DNA of 64,000 nucleotides from an uncultured archaeon. Lineage in GTDB: Archaea; Thermoproteota; Nitrososphaeria_A; Caldarchaeales; Wolframiiraptoraceae. The first letter of the stretch is position 1, and every line of letters starts with the position of its first letter. The notes beneath the pieces are model-generated. The model was not told the origin of the DNA. It was given only the letters and a program-made list of their open reading frames with translations, and searched no databases. The translations under genes were made by a program, and so were the position numbers. The stretch is from the NCBI GenBank assembly GCA_938083505.1, contig CALKCF010000002.1, positions 1 to 64,000 on the forward strand, read 5' to 3'. Positions 60,285-64,000 of the stretch are shown piece by piece.

Positions 60285-60559
60285 CCGCAAACACGAGCCT
60301 TAAGGAATATATAGCGAGGATAGAAGAGGCATGTGGTGAAGAAAAGGACATCATAGTTCACTTCAAATATGAGAAAAAGGATGAGGTAATAAAGAGAATA
60401 CTCAAAAAAGCAAAGGTGGAGAGGACGGTCGCCGGAATAATCCTCGACCTAACTTACAAGGAGTTTTCCATCCGCCTTTATAATATGGGGAAGGCCGTAT
60501 TCAGAAAAGTGAAAGAAAAAAGTCGGGTGCAAGAGGTTTTAGCTGAACTTTTGTTATAG
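60281..60559 (+). CDS. hypothetical protein coupled to sufS
   Basis: ATGA overlap with the sufS stop; 92 aa. Confidence 0.65.
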   Translation: MTANTSLKEYIARIEEACGEEKDIIVHFKYEKKDEVIKRILKKAKVERTVAGIILDLTYKEFSIRLYNMGKAVFRKVKEKSRVQEVLAELLL

Positions 60560-60719
60560 CTCATCGCTTAAGCTAACCTCTCATAAAGTAAAATTTACCG
60601 GTAAATTTGTGCGTAACTCCCAGCCTCAACATATTTTTGCTAGTAAATTGTATAGAGTGTTGCGTTTTGCGGCCAAACTTAGCATCTCTATGATGCCGTG
60701 GGTGCCTTAATAACTTCGC

Positions 60720-61373
60720 TCAAGGAATGAACTTCTTATCGCGTCCGGATATCGCGATAATCACAGCATAATAAATTATACCAATGTAAAAACACAGATG
60801 TGCTAGAAAGCGTAAAGGATGCTTAACTCTGAATGGCATGCTAAGCTGCCTCAACCACTCCTTAAGGTTCCGTTCATTCTTAAGCATATACAGTGCTTTA
60901 TTGAACCGCATCAGGAAAAGCTTTTTAAAGGTCGGCACCTTCTTTTGGTGCTTTACACCTTTTACCCCCAAGAATAGCCCAAGCCTCCTAGCCCTATCGT
61001 TAAAATCTATATCCTCCTCGTAAACTCTTATGAATCTCTCGTCAAACCCGCCCACCTTCATGTAAACATCCGGTCTGAAGAACCAACTCGCAGCGCTATG
61101 AACTATCATAGAACTTTCATAAGCCATTTTTACAAGATTCAGAAATACCTCCGATTCAAAGCTCACATCATCATCGATAAGCGCTATAACATCAACGCTA
61201 TTGGCTATTTCTTTAACGCCTATGTTTCGCTGTCTGGAAACATTTTTTCCATATATGACCTTTATAACACTAACGTAATTTTGAATACTGTCCAGCGATT
61301 TTTTTGTCTCCTCGCTTAAGGATCCACCTAACCTGACAGGAATGACAACCCCTATTTTCACTTTGTGGTCCAT
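60720..61373 (-). CDS. GT2 glycosyltransferase
   Basis: VVIP, QRNIG, IDDD, VGGFDE..EEDID. Confidence 0.85.
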   Translation of the reverse strand: MDHKVKIGVVIPVRLGGSLSEETKKSLDSIQNYVSVIKVIYGKNVSRQRNIGVKEIANSVDVIALIDDDVSFESEVFLNLVKMAYESSMIVHSAASWFFRPDVYMKVGGFDERFIRVYEEDIDFNDRARRLGLFLGVKGVKHQKKVPTFKKLFLMRFNKALYMLKNERNLKEWLRQLSMPFRVKHPLRFLAHLCFYIGIIYYAVIIAISGRDKKFIP

Positions 61374-61660
61374 GATAGAAGCGCTTATAATCTTTATATG
61401 GGTTACGCCACTCTATAGGTTGAGGATAATCACTGATGAAACTAAGCACGCTTATCTCACACCTCTATACAAGTTTCATACGAAGTTTCAGAAGTTGATA
61501 TTTGATAACTACTCCAATCGTATACGGTTTTGTTAAGAGGTTAAGTAGAATTATTTTATAGTAAAATTTAGGTTTATGTAGTGCGACGATTTAGGAAAAT
61601 GCATTTTCACGTATGGATGCATTAGTAACAAAACTATCAAAAAATAAACTGGCAAACAAA

Positions 61661-62036
61661 TCAACCACGGTACAGTTCACATGTTTCCGGTAACGTGATG
61701 AACCGTTTATGTATATCACATACCACATCTTCTCTCCTTAAAATTTTGCATACTTCGCAAAATTTCAGCATAGCTTCAACTGATGAAAGGTTATGTGCCA
61801 CTATGCCTGCTGCAATTTGATCGGCCAGGGAACGGACGGGGTCTATGGACTCTAACTGTTTTAGTATTTTCACCCCTCTTTGTAAAGATATTAACTTATT
61901 GCCGTTTGGGTTATTCCTATTTTTTTGTTATAGTTACTTGTGAGAAAATGTATTTTTTATTAAATTAATTCTTGGCTATTAGAGACCTGAACCCGGGAAG
62001 TATTAGCTTTACAACGGCCTTGCAAGGTGCTCTCAA
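61661..62036 (-). pseudogene. HTH regulator with C-terminal Cys/His motif (COG2522-like)
   Basis: TTG at 62036 RAPCKAVVKLILPGFRSLIAK; shifted FSQ..KKIGITQTAIS*YL; C-term FCEVC..CDIH..C. Confidence 0.75.
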
Positions 62037-62165
62037 TATGGATAACTCTAAAATCTTTATCTATATAAAGTGCAACAGATAAACTCATTTCCTTGTTTTT
62101 AGAAGTGTGGGTAACTCAACAAGTTGTGCACTTACACTTATATTCTAAAGTTTATAACGAAAACA

Positions 62166-62396
62166 TTAACACCTCATAACGAAAACACGCCAGTTTTCGT
62201 TATCGTCCGTTTCAACTTTAATAACTTTAACATTCAATTCCCTTGCAGCCTTAATTATATCATCTCTTGATGGTTTATGTGTTCCCTTCACCACTAATAT
62301 CTCTCCGTGTTCAAGGTTATCTACACTTCTCCTAAACTTTATCAGAGGTACAGGACAGATATCGCCGGATGTATCTAAAATTTTGTACTTCTCCAT
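62166..62396 (-). CDS. tusA: TusA/SirA sulfur carrier
   Basis: LDTSGDICPVP motif, 76 aa. Confidence 0.92.
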   Translation of the reverse strand: MEKYKILDTSGDICPVPLIKFRRSVDNLEHGEILVVKGTHKPSRDDIIKAARELNVKVIKVETDDNENWRVFVMRC

Positions 62397-62398
62397 AA

Positions 62399-63562
62399 TT
62401 AATTGCCCTCCTTATGGCTGAAATTCGAGCATTTTACAGCCTTCATTAAAGTTTCGACTAACATTACCTTTCCTGTTCTTAGGTTCAACACATGCTTTTC
62501 TCTTTCCTCCTGCGCTTTTGCTTTAAGCTCTTCAAATTCTTTGTAATGTTCTTTAAATTCCACACCTGTGATACCTCTTAAGTGCCTCCGCAAAAACTCT
62601 CCATAATTTTCGCATGAGTCAGGGATGATAGTAACAACCACTCCTCTTCTTCCTTCATTGTTTAATCTTTCAGCAATTTTTAGGGCTCCAAAAAAATTGG
62701 TACCGCTCGAAATCCCTGCAGGGATGTCCGCGTTCCAAAGCGCTAACATTGCGTTATATGCATCTTTATCGGTGACCTCCATTATCTCATCACATACTGT
62801 TTTTGCTTCTTTGAAAAAATTTGATGCACCTAGCTCGTCTTTACTCCTAAGTCCAAGCTGATGGTGACCCTCTTCAGGAATAAGCCCTACAAATCTTATA
62901 CCTTCTACGTTTTGTCTCAGCCAATTTGCGCACCCAATCATGGTTCCGCACGTTCCAAGAGCAATAACGAAATGTGTCATTTCTCCAGCAGTTTGATGAT
63001 ATATTTCTGGTGCTGTTGTTAAAAAGTGAGATAGCGGATTGCCAATGTCGTCATATTGGTCGAAATTGATCACCTCGGGGTCTATTTTTTCTACATACCT
63101 GGCCGCTGCTATGGCTTCGCCCCTTTTAGCTGCTACTGTAGGGCAGTATTTGTCAGAGAACGTTTCGATTTTTGTCTTATTCTTAATCAATTTCGTAATT
63201 AGCCATTCATTTTCTTTAACAGTATTTTCGGACATGTAAACTGTGAAATCAAACTTCTCCATCAAAAGAAAAGAACCAGCTAGTCCAAAATTTCCGGAAG
63301 TTGCTGTAACAACTTTTCTTTTCCCATCTAATTTCCCTTCATGTAATTTTAGGTAATACATTGTGGCAAAAGGTCTGGCCTTTACTGATTCCCCAAAATT
63401 CGTATACTCCAACTTTGCATATATGGGAACTTCTTTGTCGAATGGGTTTATAGTTCGGGGTATGCGTATAAGTGGAGTAAATCCTATTCCTAACTCTTTT
63501 AACCAGGAATAAAAATGACGGAGGGTGAACTTTTTACTAACTGTTAGGATTTCGTTCAGCAT
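62399..63562 (-). CDS. PLP-dependent cysteine-synthase-family enzyme (atypical)
   Basis: GFTPL, KLEYTNFGESVKAR, TSGNFG, DQY..N..H..TTAPEI, GTCGT, GISSG, PDS. Confidence 0.88.
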   Translation of the reverse strand: MLNEILTVSKKFTLRHFYSWLKELGIGFTPLIRIPRTINPFDKEVPIYAKLEYTNFGESVKARPFATMYYLKLHEGKLDGKRKVVTATSGNFGLAGSFLLMEKFDFTVYMSENTVKENEWLITKLIKNKTKIETFSDKYCPTVAAKRGEAIAAARYVEKIDPEVINFDQYDDIGNPLSHFLTTAPEIYHQTAGEMTHFVIALGTCGTMIGCANWLRQNVEGIRFVGLIPEEGHHQLGLRSKDELGASNFFKEAKTVCDEIMEVTDKDAYNAMLALWNADIPAGISSGTNFFGALKIAERLNNEGRRGVVVTIIPDSCENYGEFLRRHLRGITGVEFKEHYKEFEELKAKAQEEREKHVLNLRTGKVMLVETLMKAVKCSNFSHKEGN

Positions 63563-63578
63563 GGTATCATCCCTACTG

Positions 63579-63998
63579 TTAGTCTTTCTGAGGAGGACAA
63601 GTTTCGTTTAGATCCGTGTTTAACATATAATCTGTTGGGATTTGTCTGCAGAATCTCAGAATCATGTTAGCTACAATCATGGATTTTGAAGCGAACCTTG
63701 GCCTGCGATACACCATACTAAGAGGTTCTACTTTGAGCTGGCGGTTCAAAAAAGCGGCGGTTTCACTAAGCTTTTCTAAAAAGATCTCTTTAATAACAGA
63801 GTAACTGCTACTTATAGTAAAGTCGATTTTTTCAGCGGGTGGTTCTGTTAGGATTTTAAAATTTTTCACAACACCTTTGTCCAGTTGAATGAAGAGCGTT
63901 ATTTTTTCGCTGGAGTATAGCTCTCGCAATTTTGGAGGAATGTCTGTAATAACGTATGCAAGATTTAAACTGTAGCCGGAGGTGAGTCTATTAAATTC
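63579..63998 (-). CDS. SCP2 sterol-carrier-like protein (5' end outside window)
   Basis: DFTISSSY....IF..L....AFLNRQLKVE; frame open to the window edge. Confidence 0.65.
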   Translation of the reverse strand, partial: EFNRLTSGYSLNLAYVITDIPPKLRELYSSEKITLFIQLDKGVVKNFKILTEPPAEKIDFTISSSYSVIKEIFLEKLSETAAFLNRQLKVEPLSMVYRRPRFASKSMIVANMILRFCRQIPTDYMLNTDLNETCPPQKD

Positions 63999-64000
63999 CT

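Larger units (their letters stand above)
46454..64000. mobile_element. decayed genomic island downstream of tRNA-Leu (glycosylation plus sulfur relay)
   Basis: Abrupt compositional mosaicism, many pseudogenes, IS remnant, AAA remnant; no integrase or attR in the window. Confidence 0.6.

Noticed and set aside
1-64000. CRISPR array, cas genes, rRNA, integrase or attR copy of tRNA-Leu
   Set aside because: None seen; the only tandem repeats noticed are two-copy intragenic duplications

Overview
Archaeal chromosomal segment. The TACK/Thermoproteota-like assignment is an inference from Sec61beta, Alba, a TackOD1 protein, a structural EndA subunit and non-canonical tRNA introns. About 1-46.4 kb is mostly core genome: translation/transcription genes (tfs, rpoL, csl4, dph2, rpl12-alaS, rpl44e-rps27e-aIF2alpha-nop10-PAC2, tyrS, pheS, pheT), hppA, moaA, aroC, speD-speE, a glycerol module (glpK-glpA-coxG-Nudix, divergent gapN) and three tRNAs. 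tRNA-Arg(TCG) has a 29/30 intron and tRNA-Gln(TTG) has two introns. Several accessory genes in this part are frameshifted. After tRNA-Leu(TAG) (46369-46453) a compositionally mosaic, decaying island runs to the window end. It holds an AAA-ATPase remnant, a flippase, two paralogous large membrane glycosylation-type proteins, GT/FkbM pseudogenes, an IS982 remnant and two sulfur-relay operons (internally deleted IscS/IscU plus intact SufS; SCP2-like protein plus atypical cysteine-synthase-like enzyme plus TusA). Best candidates for undescribed biology: the SCP2/CysK-like/TusA operon; a TackOD1-REase-fold protein plus processive GT2 wedged between pheS and pheT; a self-promoted hairpin ncRNA between pheT and tyrS; and a transcobalamin-like/S-component pair with a perfect palindromic operator. 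Several small genes missing from the ORF track were found by hand, one apparently starting at CTG. All family assignments come from motif recognition, not database searches.
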